Positions 26,978 through 40,375 of a DNA stretch of 64,000 bases are shown piece by piece. The DNA lies in contig OX597828.1 of the NCBI GenBank assembly GCA_951406725.2, positions 55,800,001 to 55,864,000 on the forward strand, in the 5' to 3' direction. This stretch comes from Octopus vulgaris (lineage: Eukaryota). The notes under the pieces are model-generated. The model saw only the letters and a program-made list of their open reading frames with translations. It was not told the origin of the DNA and did not search any database. The translations under genes were made by a program, and so were the position numbers. Within the stretch, counting starts at the first letter, position 1. Each line of letters begins with the position of its first letter.

Positions 26978-29292
26978 ATAGTAGCTTGCAGTCGATGGCC
27001 GCCATACCGTGTAGGTTTTAATAGCAACAGAAGAATGTATTTCTTGGTAGCTTATTCAAGTATCTCAAATGGTAGTATCTGCACTTGAATGGAAAAGGAA
27101 ACGCATTAGGCAATATTGCTTTAGAAGCTTAAAGCTGTAACATTCATAAAGTTTAAGACCTCTTGCTATACATTTGTATTTCTCTATCTTAGTTAACTGT
27201 ATCATTGATCGATGTGTCTTTGTATGAAATGTGAGCGTGTATGTGTGCACGCACACACATACATATTTGTGTGTGCGTGCGTATATGTGGGTATGCCTGC
27301 ATGTATGTAGGTAAATCTATATGTACTGGAAGCATTATTCTACTCACTTGTCTGACTATCGCTTAAAATCTACCTTATTGTATGTTTGTATATATCTGTA
27401 CGTGTTTCTGTCCATCGCGTCTCTGTACGGTTGAGCCGATTAATATATCTCAGGCTATATTCTATGTTTTTCTCTACTGAAAGGCTATATAGCAGAAACA
27501 AATCACGAACACTTCTAATAACCCATTAAACCATTTGACAATCAAGCAACAACTACAGAGTCTCTCTTAAAGTATATAAATGCATATAAATGATATATAT
27601 ATGCAGCGATTGCATTTCCCCAGTTTTCTGTTGATACGTTACCATTCAAAATATATAGATACGGAACTATTTTTTAACACATTTTATGTTCCGTAAATAG
27701 CATTGGCATGAGAAAACAAGTTTGTATTTTTGCGAGATTCTCAGACGAAATAAACTTGGGCGATCCCTGATATGGAAATCATAGCAATTTACGTTTAACA
27801 ATCGTCCCAAGAGTAGCAAACAACTCGTTGTAAAATAGTTAAAAGAAAAGAAAAAAATACTATGATATATTACAATACAATGTCTCGTACGTTTGCTTAC
27901 GGAAGTGGGCTAAGAGTCAACCGCAACAGATTTATATATAGCATTACGGCTCTTCGCTCTTATTGAACGATTCTTTGTCGGTCCTAAAAAAGTGAACGAA
28001 TGTTCAAATTTTTGTTCATGCCTCTACATGTAATTAGAACTACATCCAATGTATCGTTTAGTGAAGATAATTTGTATTTGAGGTATGTTTAACTACTAAT
28101 TCTATTAGATTTAAGCAGCTTCGTAAAGTTTCTTTCGCTGGTAGAACTCAACTAGATGTGAGAATGATGGCCATGTTGCTGGCGAAGTAAATCGAGTTGC
28201 ATCCAATCGGAGATGCGTGAGTTAGCATTTGAATGTGTATCAATTGATTTGACATCTATCTCTTTCCTGAGTCTTTATACATGTATAAATTAACGGCAAA
28301 GGTACAAATGTAGTTTGACTAAAAGAAATCATTGTCAGGTTACTTCTACTGATCAAAATTAAATGAAAATAATGTCTTCCGGTTCAATTAACAAGATGTA
28401 GTAGAAGCATACAGAATTACACTTTGTGTACAGTCACACACATCCATACGCATACATATATACATACACTAAGCAAAATACTCATTCGAAATTTCACTCA
28501 GTAACTGCACCACCAGCAGTGATTCACCTATAAATGTACTATCAATTCACACAACAAATGCTAAGGTATTCCTATGCGTAGTTGTTGCTCCAGCATAGCG
28601 TAGGGCGTTGGCATTGCGTGGAATTAGTCGATGGTTAATACAAACCAAAATACGTACAACTAATAAATATGAAACACTAGAACAAACTAACACATTTCTG
28701 TATGCACAATACAAAATGCTTATAGTTGGTGATACACAAACGCATGTAAAATATGCACTCACATACACATATGCGTATGTAACAAACAAGGAGTTTTATT
28801 GCTATTTACCAAGATTTATAATTAAATCATACACTTTCTATCGCTAAAATTCAGCTTATTCGAATCTTGTACAAATATTTAATTACGAATTTTTGATTAT
28901 TGATTATTTATATAAATCAATTTTGTATTTTAAATGAATATAATTTAGAATGCATTTCTGATAATTGGAGCAATTAATTGTTCTCAAAAGTAAAACAGGT
29001 GATTATTTTAATTGTAAAGTTAATGACTTCTTTCACTAAATCTACTTTCTTCTGAGAAGGATGCGAAAACAGTGATTTTTAACTGTGTGCATTTAAAATA
29101 GATATACGTGATACATTTAAAATTTTAAATGTGCAAAACTGAACATTAATCTATGTAACAATGTAGTTTAATGTTAAATCGATAAGATATTAATCTGGTC
29201 TCAAACGTTTACATTTCCACGTTCGTTGTCTATTTTAGCGAATTTTCATATGAAACTACGAAAATGCAAATTTATTGAAAATGAGTGTAAAA

Positions 29293-29495
29293 TATCGGTT
29301 TCAAATTATGGCACAAGGCCAGCATGTTCGGAGTGGCGCGTGGTAATTGGATTGCAAAACATCCTGTACTCAACTGGTACTTATTTTATCGATCGAGAGA
29401 GGAGGAACGGTTAAGTCGACCTCGGTGGAATTCGAACTCAGACGCTAAGCATTTTGATCGGTGTGCTAACAACAGTTCTGTCACCTTGCCGCCTT
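29293..29495 (-). mobile_element. SINE family C, inverted copy
   Basis: GGTTTCAAATTATGGCACAAGGCC...AAGTCGACCTCGGTGGAATTCGAACTCAGA is the reverse complement of family C. Confidence 0.8.
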
Positions 29496-29519
29496 ATTTG
29501 TGTGTGTAATATTGCTAAG

Positions 29520-29900
29520 ACAGGAGGTCGGTGAGCTGGTAGAAACGTTAGCATGCCGGGCAAACTGCTTAGCGATATTTCGACTCTCTTTACGTTCTGA
29601 GTTCAAATTCCGCCAAGGTCGACATTGCTTTCATCTTTTCGGAAGCGATAAATTAAGTACCAGTTGTGTACTGGGGTCGTTCGAATCGACTGTACCTCTC
29701 CTCCAAAATTTCGGGCTTTGTGCCAGAGTAGAAATGAAAGGCGGGAAATTGGCAGTTCGTAGAGCGTTTTATAGAATGATGTGTGGTATCATTACGGAAG
29801 CTCTATCCCTGTTTTTTAATCCCTTCCCGGATAAAATCCGTAATTCATCCTTTCAGAGTCGATGAATACAAATACTATGAACGTTTTGAGCGTTGGACTA
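29520..29900 (+). mobile_element. Two tandem SINE family C copies (second one degenerate)
   Basis: GGTGAGCTGGTAGAAACGTTAGCATGCCGGGC...GGTCGACATTGCTTTCATC; second head AAGGCGGGAAATTGGCAG near 29738. Confidence 0.8.
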
Positions 29901-31623
29901 GATGCCTCATTTTGTTTTCTTCCGCCTTTTGCACTCTAACGTTGATGGTTAGGAGTGGTATGGGTACATTCAAACCTTGGCAACTCAGAGCCATTTACAC
30001 AATTAAAACTTGACCCGGGTTTGTGTATGCAGAAGTTTCTCGAATAATGTAATATAAAGGTGTAATTTTAAATAGATAAAATAATGACATGTTTTATAAT
30101 ACGAATAGGAAAGAATTTAATAATCGTGTATATTTCAAGCACAAACGCCTTTTTGCTTCTAAGGATGAGCCTTTTTGCCAGAAATATATAAAAATCACTA
30201 GAATTTTTTCAGCATTATAGGACGCTCTCAGTCTCCACTTTTCTGTTATTTTCATTTCTTTATCACAATAATTCAAGCAAGTTACAACCTTCTCTGTAAT
30301 TTTAGCTTTGGTAGATGTTTTTTTTTTCTTTCTATTAAAAGGAAAAACACCCTATAATAGTGATTAAAAGACAAGAGTTGGCAATATTCTTTACAGCATC
30401 AAGTGGGTTACTTTACAATGTTAGTTTCGGCTCTCAAAAATCTCAGTTCCAATTTCGCCAGGATAACTTCAACTTCTACCATTTCGAGGTCGTTAAATAA
30501 AGTCCAGACCTACTACTGGGATCAGTACTTCTCTCTCATTCTCTCCGCAAAGCTCACCATTGTCATATTGCATCGCTATGACTTAGCCTGAGAAGTGCGT
30601 TAAATGAGCTCGTGGCCGTGGTATACACAGCCACATACACGTTAATTTTGAAAGTAAAATTCACGTGGTCGACGAAATAACTGCTCATCGTTGAGAATGA
30701 CGTAGAACCTGCCGCAACATTAGTCTACTCAGTGGTATTCAGGAATTACGATTGGTTTACCAGCACTGAGAAGAAAAGACAAACAAACAAAACACATTAC
30801 TTACTTATGTGGATAAGATCACCAGGGAGTTTTTGTGACAAATTCTAGTAACGTCACAGAACGCATATACAAGCATATATACATATGCAAACAGAAACAT
30901 ATATATAAACACACACACATAAGAAAACAAGCACACTCGTCTACATACACACATATGTAAGCACCCATGCACAAGCGTACATATCAGGCATGCATATCTT
31001 CACATATATTCCAGTACACATGTTCATATTGGCTCCTATTAGATTTATTCTTATCTTTGGTTCCTACTGATTTCCGATTGCACACAGGAAGTTTAACGAT
31101 GATTCCTGATCGGCAAATGTAGCCAATTTTGGGGCGACCTACAAGAGTAATTACGGACTTAACAATTTCACTTATAGTACATTTTCCGCGAAGGAAAAAC
31201 AAATAATCGAATAATCCGTACACCAGTCAGCAATCAGACAAACAGAAAACGTACCCAATATATTCATAGAAAAACACATCTATTGCGGACCCATCAAATA
31301 ACGTGTGTTTGTATACGTGTGTGTGGGTGAGTATGAGATTGTGTGTGTGTGTGTGTTTGTTTGTGTAAGAGAGTATATAGGTAAATATGCATATAAACCA
31401 ATAACACACACACACATACCCTACCACCCACATTCACACAGACATATACATACATAAATACATACATTCATACATATATTTATATATGTATGTTGTTGTA
31501 GAGTTGAGATTATTCGATTTCTTGATTCTATACCCTAGATTCCATAAGCGTCCCTAGTTATCTGCATATATAAAATTTACTTGTAATTTTGAATATAATA
31601 TACATACACACACACATATATAG

Positions 31624-31654
<31 letters not shown>

Positions 31655-32246
31655 TGTATGTATGTATGTATGTATGTATGCATCCTTGTATAGAAAAAGA
31701 GCATATGTGTAGATTTATTGATATATTTCTTTACATATATATATGTATGAGTATGTGTATGTACGCGTGTAAATGTATATATATATATATGATGCGATGT
31801 ATGTATGCATATAATGCGAAGAAAGGCAAGCAATGTAAGAATATATATTAACAAGAACGTAAATTGACTCAACGCAAAGGAAACTTCCGGATGAAGAGTG
31901 CAGCTAGCAAGGGAAATAAATAGCTGTAATTAGAGTATTCCATAAATCAAGCAGTTTTCAGATTGAAAAAAAAAGAACAAAAAATAGATTTCATTGTTAA
32001 AGTAATAATGATTGGAAGACATAAAAAGGTATTTGAATGAGATGGGGTGGTTTGTATGGCGTTCTCTAATTTGATGGTTGTTTTCATTGATGGTTTACTG
32101 CGGTATTTCTTTCATTTTCCTTCTCTCTGTACGTGCATATATATAAGGGTGCGGAGTATCTTCCTCTGTGTGTGTGTATGTGTGTATGTGAGTGTATGTG
32201 TGTGTGTATGTGCCCGTTTAACATAATGTCTATATCTATATATCTG

Positions 32247-32303
<57 letters not shown>

Positions 32304-32306
32304 GTG

Positions 32307-32340
<34 letters not shown>

Positions 32341-33152
32341 GACTACGTAACACACACACAAATATATATATATATTATATTATATATATACACATAGACA
32401 TATATATATATGTTTGTGTGTGTGTGTGTGTATTTGTATACTCACACAAATATTTGAATACATTCGGATGGTGTGTATATGTGTATATGCGAAGACATAT
32501 TATACAGACAAGCACATCCTCACGTTCACTTTCACATCACATACTTACACGTACGTAGTCTCCTTACACACTCACCTTCTCTCGCATTATAATTTTTGCC
32601 GATGTCACCCACTCTCCTTTCTGTGTATGTTTCGCTACTGCTTTGGCTTCCTTGCTCTCCATCATCTCTTCGTTTCGAACCTTGATGCTCTTCTATCTTT
32701 CCTGTTTATTTCTTCCGACCAATTCTTCTTGTATATTGGTATATATGTCGGAAAAAGTAATGATATGTCCAATTACTATCAGTGTTTAATGTATCTGAAC
32801 CTCTGTGAAGCAACCAAGGCAACGGATACACACAGACACACAGACACACACAGATATCTATATATATATATACATTTAGGATCACAAATATATGAAACAG
32901 TTTGGGATGAATGAAAATACAATACAAAGAAACGATTTATCATTCAATAGTTAATATTTTCTGAATGCTTCACTTACCGTTTAGTCTGGCAAAATTATAG
33001 GGCAACCATTACTTAAAAGATATTTTCGTCAATCAGTTGGTTGTTTGAATACAGCTCTGCTTTATTTTGTTAATGGATAAGACATGAGAAGCTCTACATC
33101 TATGGAATTGCTTCTCAATTTTCTAATACTTGTTTCCGAGAACTAAGAAATA

Positions 33153-33266
33153 GCAACAGTGTCGCAACAGCACCGCAAGAGTGCCTCAACAGAGTCACAA
33201 CAGCCCAGCAACAGTGGCGCAACAGTGTCGCAACGGCGCAGAAAACAGTGTCGCAACTGTATCGCA
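33153..33266 (+). repeat. 11-bp minisatellite, ~10 degenerate copies of GCAACAGTGTC
   Basis: gcaacagtgtc gcaacagcacc gcaagagtgcc tcaacagagtc acaacagccca gcaacagtggc gcaacagtgtc gcaacggcgca gaaaacagtgtc gcaactgtatc. Confidence 0.9.
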
Positions 33267-33444
33267 TTGAAATTAACAAAGCTGTGTTCTTCCCGTCGTT
33301 ATTATTGACGTTTGGAATTGGAAATTCACGATAATAGGGCCCTTACTTACATACAGGAAATCAAAAGTGCACTTACGCCGCTATATGTATATATAAAAAA
33401 ATCAAGATAAAAATGGAACAAAACGTAATATATACATATTTATG

Positions 33445-33860
33445 TAATGATTGGATGGCCGTTGACTGCTCAGGAGTTCCAGTGCAATTTGACAGTTTTT
33501 ATTTTTGGTTCACATTTTTTTCAAGTGTTACCTTCCTTGTCACGAAAACTCGGCGGTTTTGCCAGTTTAGACGCTGATGACCTGACAAAATAGCAGCCGG
33601 CTAAGCAGGCTGCTCTCTTCGTCAACTTGGACAAGACAAAGTATATGTTGTACAACGAGAGCGGCAGCATTAAGTCTACATCTGGAATTCTACATCGAAC
33701 CTACGTAAAGCAACGGTGCGAAGACTCCGAATGCAATGGCAGCCCGAACAGATTAGAGAGAAAGATCCACGGAGATCTGTGCAACAAACACGACCGGACG
33801 ATAATCGAAGACTTCAGTCTTGGATACATATTATATCATCCAAGAAAATCCAGTGAATAA
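33445..33860 (+). mobile_element. Decayed RTE-like LINE reverse transcriptase fragment
   Basis: ADDL (from YADD) at ~33573 followed by AKQAALFVNLDKTKYMLYN, typical of the RT domain-6 A...GL.IN..KT.YM motif. Confidence 0.65.
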
Positions 33861-34029
33861 TGATACAAAATGCATGTTTGTAAACAAAGGAGGATATGAA
33901 CGGAAGTGTGATGGAGAAATTAAATTAAGTATCTTATAATTATCATTAGTGATGCGACAAATACGAGCCGGGAAGGTATTTTCAAACACAATTATTTGAC
34001 TCGTTAATATTTTTTGTTTTGTTTTCCAG

Positions 34030-34148
34030 ATGCCCGAATTTAGCTGGACACCAGAAACTATCGGAATTGTTGACAGCTCATTTTTCTGGGGATATATTAT
34101 TACACAAATACCAGGTGGTTACCTCGCATCCAAAGTACCAGCTACTAG
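34030..34148 (+). CDS. VGLUT: VGLUT coding exon (119 nt), TM2 region
   Basis: Acceptor ttttgttttgttttccag|ATG and donor AG|gtatgt. [39 protein letters not shown](R) contains the F.W.PET.G...SFFWGYI.TQIPGG SLC17/VGLUT motif. Confidence 0.97.
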
Positions 34149-34323
34149 GTATGTATTTTTCTGTATTTTAATCTATCTGTTGTCTCTCATTCGAACTTTA
34201 CTAATCTTATCTAATCTCCCTGTGCAAGACAATATGATCTTGTTCTTTTATCCTTTTCTACCCCATTATCTTACACATTTCAGTCATTCGATTGAGACCA
34301 TGCGCGGGCACATGATACAAATA

Positions 34324-35808
34324 CGAGTGTTAGTTGAAAGGTTCACGGCGTAACGAAGATTCTCTCATGGAATGTGAACAAATGATGTTTCTTTTCCAAC
34401 ATAGTCCTCCTTAGGGTCCACACACTTCTTCCATCCATGTTGCAGTGCTTGGTTCCCATGGGTAAAGAAGCTTTCATCATGTTGATCAAAAGAATTATGA
34501 ACAACAGATATGACGTTACCATCACTGTGATATTCTTCTTAGCAGAGTGTTTTTTTTCATGTTGGGAAACAGATAATAGTCGGATGAAGTCTAGTCAGGA
34601 CAATAGTGAGAATGATCAACGAGTTCAAAGCCACAGTCACGCACAGCAGCCATTGTTTGCCACAGTCACGCACAGCAGCCATTGTTTGCTGGCGCATTGT
34701 CATGAGGAAACAAGACACATTTCATCAATATTTTCTGGGCGTTTGATTTTGATAGACTTTCGTAAATACCTCAACTTTCTGTAGATGGTGTGGCTCTTCT
34801 GCAGATGGTGAATAAACAACTTGCCTGAAACTGCCGATGAAATTACCATAACTTCCTTTGGAGCCTTTGGAGTGGGCTGTTTCTACTGTATGGATTGTTT
34901 CTTTATCGATGGCGCAATGTGATGAACCCAGCATTCATTCTGGGCCTGGAAATGTTCAAGGAAACTTGGTGGATATGCCTCAAACAATGTCAGGTTTTTT
35001 CCCGTGATGTGAACGCCCTGGTGCATCTCTGGTCAAGTCGCAGAGAACGTGGTGCCATGTGGGAGTGGGTATGCTAAAATAGCCTTCTTTTGTTTTATAG
35101 TCAATCGCCTGTCATCAATCGGCCTGTGATGAAGAAACACGATCAAGTTTTTTCCTCAGTTGTGTTTTAATTCGAGGACGTCCAGACCTTAGGTTATTTT
35201 GAAGACTCCCCATTTCCCTCCTAAATTCAGTTGCTCACTTTTGCACTATTGATAAAGCTAGAGCGTCATCCCCTAATGTTGCAACCATGTCAACATGAAA
35301 GACCTTCGAAGCTAAACTAGTTTTACGGAAATAATAAAAATAAATGCGCCCTTTTAAAGCTTAACCAGGCTCATGGGCCCCCCGGTTTCCCGGTTTCTAT
35401 GGCGTATGTGCTCCCCAGCTGGACGGGACGCCAGTCCATCGCAGCGCTATTCATTTTTGCCAGCTGTGTGGACTGGAGCAAGGTGAAATGAAGTGTTTTG
35501 CTCAAGAACACAACGCATCGCCCGGTCCAGGAATCGAAACCACAATCTTAAGATCATGAAGCCACGCACCTCCACATAGATTTACTGAGGTTACTTGATA
35601 ACTCCATGGTGCCTAATTTTGTCCATTTTCAAAAGAAGCCGCTACCAGTTACATTTGAAGTCTTTTTTGAGCAGCCAGATGTCAGTTTATCTGAAAATAT
35701 ACAATGCAGTCATTAATGAAAAACAGGTTGAAATTAATACATGCGATATTTCACAGCTGTAGCATCATTCATTTATAGTCAGACTATGAACTTTTCAGCC
35801 CACCCTCG
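34324..35808 (-). mobile_element. Decayed mariner-family DNA transposon with degenerate TIRs, interrupted by a SINE
   Basis: TA|CGAGTGTTAGTTGAAAGGTTCA at left versus TGAACTTTTCAGCCCACCCTCG|TA at right. HDNAPA motif on the minus strand at ~34690-34708. Internal 29-bp tandem duplication at 34630-34688. Confidence 0.85.
35345..35575 (-). mobile_element. SINE with a different body but tail type 3, nested in the mariner
   Basis: Tail nearly identical to 17781-17890. Body TTGTGTTCTTGAGCAAAACACTTCATTTCACCTTGCTCCAGTCCAC differs from family B. Confidence 0.82.
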
Positions 35809-36229
35809 TAATTGTTAAATCAGCTAATGTTTTGTGAACAAGCTACTATTAAATATTGTAAATACTAAAACTATACATATGAATACAAAAATTCATTGCA
35901 TTCAATCTTTTGTTCGTGATTTTAACATTCCCCAAGAGTAATAGAATAAAGCGTAAATGAAACTGTCGATACCCAAAAGAAAATGAGAAAAATTGGAATT
36001 TTATGAGAAATACTTGTAATGGATTTATAATTGAAATTTAATCTAAAGAGCGAAAATTAAAATAGCTTTCATTTTTACTCTAATACACTTAACGATTTTA
36101 TTATGTTTTCGTGTTTCACCAAGCAGTGCTGTCCTTATTTTAGTACAATTGTACCAACGTATTTTTCATAGTAGTGTGTGGAGTGAGAATCGTAGCCATG
36201 GTTTTTTATTAGGTTTCAGAAAACGAGGT

Positions 36230-36720
36230 TGACGTTCGTCTTCAGGAAGTCGACGACTTCGGGATCATGGTAGAACTTGATTCCTGAGAGGTGATAACAA
36301 GTAATTTGTTGAGCATTGTAGTAAGTTCAGGGTGTGAGGATGAGGCTGGCGTTATAAAGAATTACAAAAGACAGATTGACGAAGGACGCGAGACTAAATA
36401 GAGGTGAAAGGAGACGAATCAGCTCTGAAGGGACGGGGTCAGGTTTTGGAAAAGATAACAAAAGAGTAAAATGTAGCTTCTCTATGGGCCCCAAATTAGA
36501 TTATTGGTGAGCTACTCGACAACAATCAGTAAGATAACTTTTGATGGAAACTTTTGATGCCGTCATATGTAGCAGTTTCTCCATTATCGATATGAGAGCA
36601 GTATTATATTGTGAACTATATTTGAACTTTCTACGAAATCAGAAGGTGTTGAAAGCTGAAATAGTTTTAAGCCGAGCAGAATATTTAGATTGCATTTAGG
36701 AGCAAACATCAATAACGGAA
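36230..36720 (-). mobile_element. Possible highly decayed CR1/L2-like LINE fragment
   Basis: Minus-strand ALISIMEKLL at ~36570-36600 resembles the YRPI.L.S...K..E RT motif. Otherwise heavily degraded. Confidence 0.35.
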
Positions 36721-37254
36721 AGGTCTCGGATTAGTAGCAATTTCGAGAAGTTTAGATACACGTTGTTCAATAGTAGGAGACTTACAAAATTAGTTTTAGG
36801 CTAAGTCTAAGTATTGTATTAAGATAGGTAATACCCACAAACTAAGAAATAAAAACATCAGATGTGTTTAGAAATCTTAAAAGAGAATAATCTCTTATAA
36901 CGCTGTCTATACAACGTTTGATTGTACTATAAAAATATTTGCAATTGTAAGACAATTTTGCATTAGAACAATAAAACAATTATATACAATGCATTAATGG
37001 TTTTGCTTTTAGCTCTTGAGTAGTTAAATATATACCTCCCCAAGGGTTCTCACAAGCTCATGCTGAGCTAAGGTTTCCCTAATCACATAAGTGAAATAAT
37101 TGGCTAAACCATTCTAATAATCTGAGAGAATGGGCAACTTTTTGTTCTATATAAAACTGATAAAACAACATAGTAGATTTATTTTCATGTCCATCCATCC
37201 ATTCATCCATCCATTCATTCATCCACCCATACATACATGCATACTTGCATACAT

Positions 37255-37635
37255 ATATGGTCTGATCAATAAGCATCCAGACTTTTGCTTCAGTAACAAG
37301 TCTAAAGCATGCAGAGTGAAGCTGCATGGCAAAAATTGACCTTGAACGCTGGTGTGTATGTGCACCAAGTTTTAATGCTCTAGCTCACTTATGCTGTTTA
37401 CAGCAGTGCTTGGAAGGAAAGCGTGTAGTGTGTGATCGTCGCATTGACCATGACAGAAAGTTGAACGGATAATCTGCATCAAATTTTCCCAAAAGCTTCG
37501 CGACACCTGCTCAGAGGCCTATGCAAAGTTTTCAAAACGCTTTCATCGTTCTTGACACAATCAAGGAGATCTTAAATGTCTTTTTGGTCAGCTGAAAGCT
37601 TTTTTTTCACAAACTTGGTGGACGTGCGTCTCATA
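37255..37635 (+). mobile_element. Mariner 5' fragment with an inverted internal piece
   Basis: TIR-like TATGGTCTGATCAATAAG. Frameshifted MTE..ERIICIKFSQKLRDTCSEAYAKF (mariner N-terminal HTH). Then a minus-strand MRRTSTKFV...LSADQK piece. Confidence 0.7.
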
Positions 37636-37656
37636 CACACATACACATACACAGAC

Positions 37657-37717
<61 letters not shown>

Positions 37718-38430
37718 AGTAAATAAATGGAGTTTAACGCAGGTGTTATTCAAATTCTGTTCCTTTCGACATATGTTTCGAAGACAACATTGGTTTTATT
37801 CCAAAGGAATAGACGGTGTAAATAATATAATCTTCTCATCAGGAAAGAAAGAGAACCTATCTCAACAACAAGACAATTCAAGATATTTCATTCATCCATT
37901 TATATATATATGCATGTGCATATGCGTGTGTGTGTGTGTGAGTGGTTGCAAAAATATGAGCGTGGTGTGTGAGTGTAATAAAATGTAGCATGTGCAGACT
38001 AACTTGTGAAACAAAGTAAACAGACAACATAACCAATGCCCCTCATGTCGGGAGCGTAGAGGTACGCTCACAGCGAGCAGATTGAAACTGTTAGCTTAGG
38101 CTAGATTCAAAAGCGCCAGTTGGATGTGATAGCATCGAAATCAAACATTTACTTACGAACACAGCGATTTTATATCACCTGAGAAGATACATCTAGGTCC
38201 TATTATACAGGTAAACCGTTACTTAATTTAAATCTTAATCCTGTATATATGTGGATCTATGTTGTATCGAAACATGTGTAGTGGTCATTAAAAAGATGTC
38301 GAATCGTACTCCATTTTACTTTAGACGCTATTCTTTCATGTTTATAACACCGAGGTCGCATTCAGTAAGAATTATAGTTTACTTTTGGGGGAAAACATTG
38401 CAAACTGCAGCCTGTTTTAATTGATTATAC

Positions 38431-38485
<55 letters not shown>

Positions 38486-38553
38486 CACGCTCTGATATGC
38501 ACGCACGCATATACACGGAAACAGACATACTTGCTCGCACGCACACACACATC

Positions 38554-38613
<60 letters not shown>

Positions 38614-38921
38614 ATGTATGTATGTATGTATGTATATACATATATACATATGATATATGTGTCTATATGTGCATGAATATGTGACCGTTCTGTGTTCTCA
38701 TTGAAATGAATATCTCTAAAGCGAAGCCATTGTATGGTGATATTACTTAAAACAGAAGCAAGATTTTATATATACCACGTTGCCCCTTTAAAAATAATGG
38801 CTGCAACAATCGGTATGAGAAACATCTATCAACACGGACAGTGTAAAAATCAACAACAGCTGGTGCACAAATATTATAATCATCCGTCATGAAAACCGTT
38901 CTTTCCCATCATCGAAATAAT

Positions 38922-38955
<34 letters not shown>

Positions 38956-38972
38956 GGCAGCTCAGCAGCAGC
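38922..38972. repeat. (CAG)n trinucleotide tract, intronic
   Basis: Directly visible; no splice signals or conserved ORF around it. Confidence 0.9.
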
Positions 38973-39537
38973 TAAAACAACGGCGTCGTCAGTAGTAAGA
39001 GAAAGAATTTGTTGGAACGATGCAAATATCTGAATTGCGAAAATGAAGAATCTTTTACTGTGTCCTTCAAACTGGTTCAACGCCTAAGTTACTTTGCTCG
39101 GCTTTGAGGGGATTATTTTGACGTTAAATGCCATTCTCACTGTATTCAATAACAACGATAGGCCTGTGTATTATAACGTTCGTATTGGTTTATGAGCGCC
39201 GGTTTTATACAGATTTAACAGTGTGTCTGTGCTTGTACGTATGAAATTTATGTATTTCACTGCTTTGTATTCTATGATATGGATATAAGCGCAATGAGTT
39301 TTGCTCTGTGGTATTCGTCGTCATATCGGTTGGCGACGGCGAAGAGAAGAAAAACAAAAAAGCATATCAACGCTCTTTCGTTTGGTTATTATATGGAATT
39401 ACACATTTTATTGATACCAATGAGATGTGAAAATGACAATAAAGATTGAAATAAAATATGCGAGGATTAGGACGGCAAGAAAGAAAAAAAACAATAACAA
39501 TAACAACAGAAATTGAATAAAATATAAACTTAACAGC

Positions 39538-39694
39538 AGACGTGGTTGTGTGGTTAGGATATTGCTTCCCGGTAATATGGTTATGGGTTCAGTCCCACTG
39601 CATAGCACCTTGTGTAACTCTCTTCTACTATAAGCCTCGGGCCGACCAAAGCCTTGTGAGTGGATTTAGTGGACAGATAGTGAAAGAAGACCGT

Positions 39695-39700
<6 letters not shown>
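39538..39700 (+). mobile_element. SINE family A, 5' half
   Basis: GGGTTCAGTCCCACTGC...GCCTCGGGCCGACCAAAGCCTTGTGAGTGGATTT; ends at the internal (TA)n. Confidence 0.8.
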
Positions 39701-39741
<41 letters not shown>

Positions 39742-39757
39742 GACGGTCTACTTTCAC

Positions 39758-39788
<31 letters not shown>

Positions 39789-39789
39789 G

Positions 39790-40262
39790 GTTTGAACTAA
39801 GCTTTATTGCTATATTCTTCAACTGATAATGTAGAATTTTCTTCAAGTAATGCCTCAAGGAATTTATCAACAAACTCAATTGGACGTTCTATTCGATCTT
39901 CATCTTCAAGGCTGAAATCTCCACTTCTGAATTTTGCAAATCCTCTTCTGCAGATTCTTTCATTCAAGCATTATTTGCCATAAACTGAGTGTATGTTTTG
40001 AGTCGCTTCGGCTGCAGAGTTTCCTTTTTTGTACTCATAAAGCATTATGTGCCTCAATTGCTCTTCGGATACTTCCATATTAGAAAGGGTTTTCATCAGA
40101 GAAATTTTAATTCTATTATTCTGTAAAATAATATTTAATTATTTAAAATGTACACAAATGCATAAGAATATATTTTAATTCCATTAGACGTTCTTAAATA
40201 CTATTAAATTTCATTCAATTTTAAAAAAGGTAAAATTGAACAAAACTTATGGGATGACCTGA
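39790..40262 (-). mobile_element. Mariner 5' half: TIR plus N-terminal transposase relic
   Basis: TA|TCAGGTCATCCCATAAGTTTTG TIR. From ATG at 40078: MEVSEEQLRHIMLYEYKKGNSAAEATQNIHSVYGK*CLNERICRRGFAKFRSGDFSLEDEDR (Mos1-type HTH). Confidence 0.88.
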
Positions 40263-40375
40263 TATTTATATCTATATGTGCATGTATATATGTATACGTA
40301 TGTATGCTTCAGCACACACACACACTGTGTGTATATCTATTAACATATATGTATATATCTACATTTGTATATATA

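Noticed and set aside
33153-33266. Repeat array considered as CRISPR-like
   Set aside because: Contiguous 11-bp units without unique spacers, in a eukaryotic intron with no cas genes.
33573-33585. CTGATGA hammerhead-like core (also at 18208 and 22546)
   Set aside because: 33573 encodes the RT ADD motif, 18208 lies in a Helitron body, and 22546 lacks proper stem geometry and a cleavage triplet.
38922-38972. (CAG)n as a polyglutamine exon
   Set aside because: No splice signals, and it cannot fit between the phase-matched conserved VGLUT exons.
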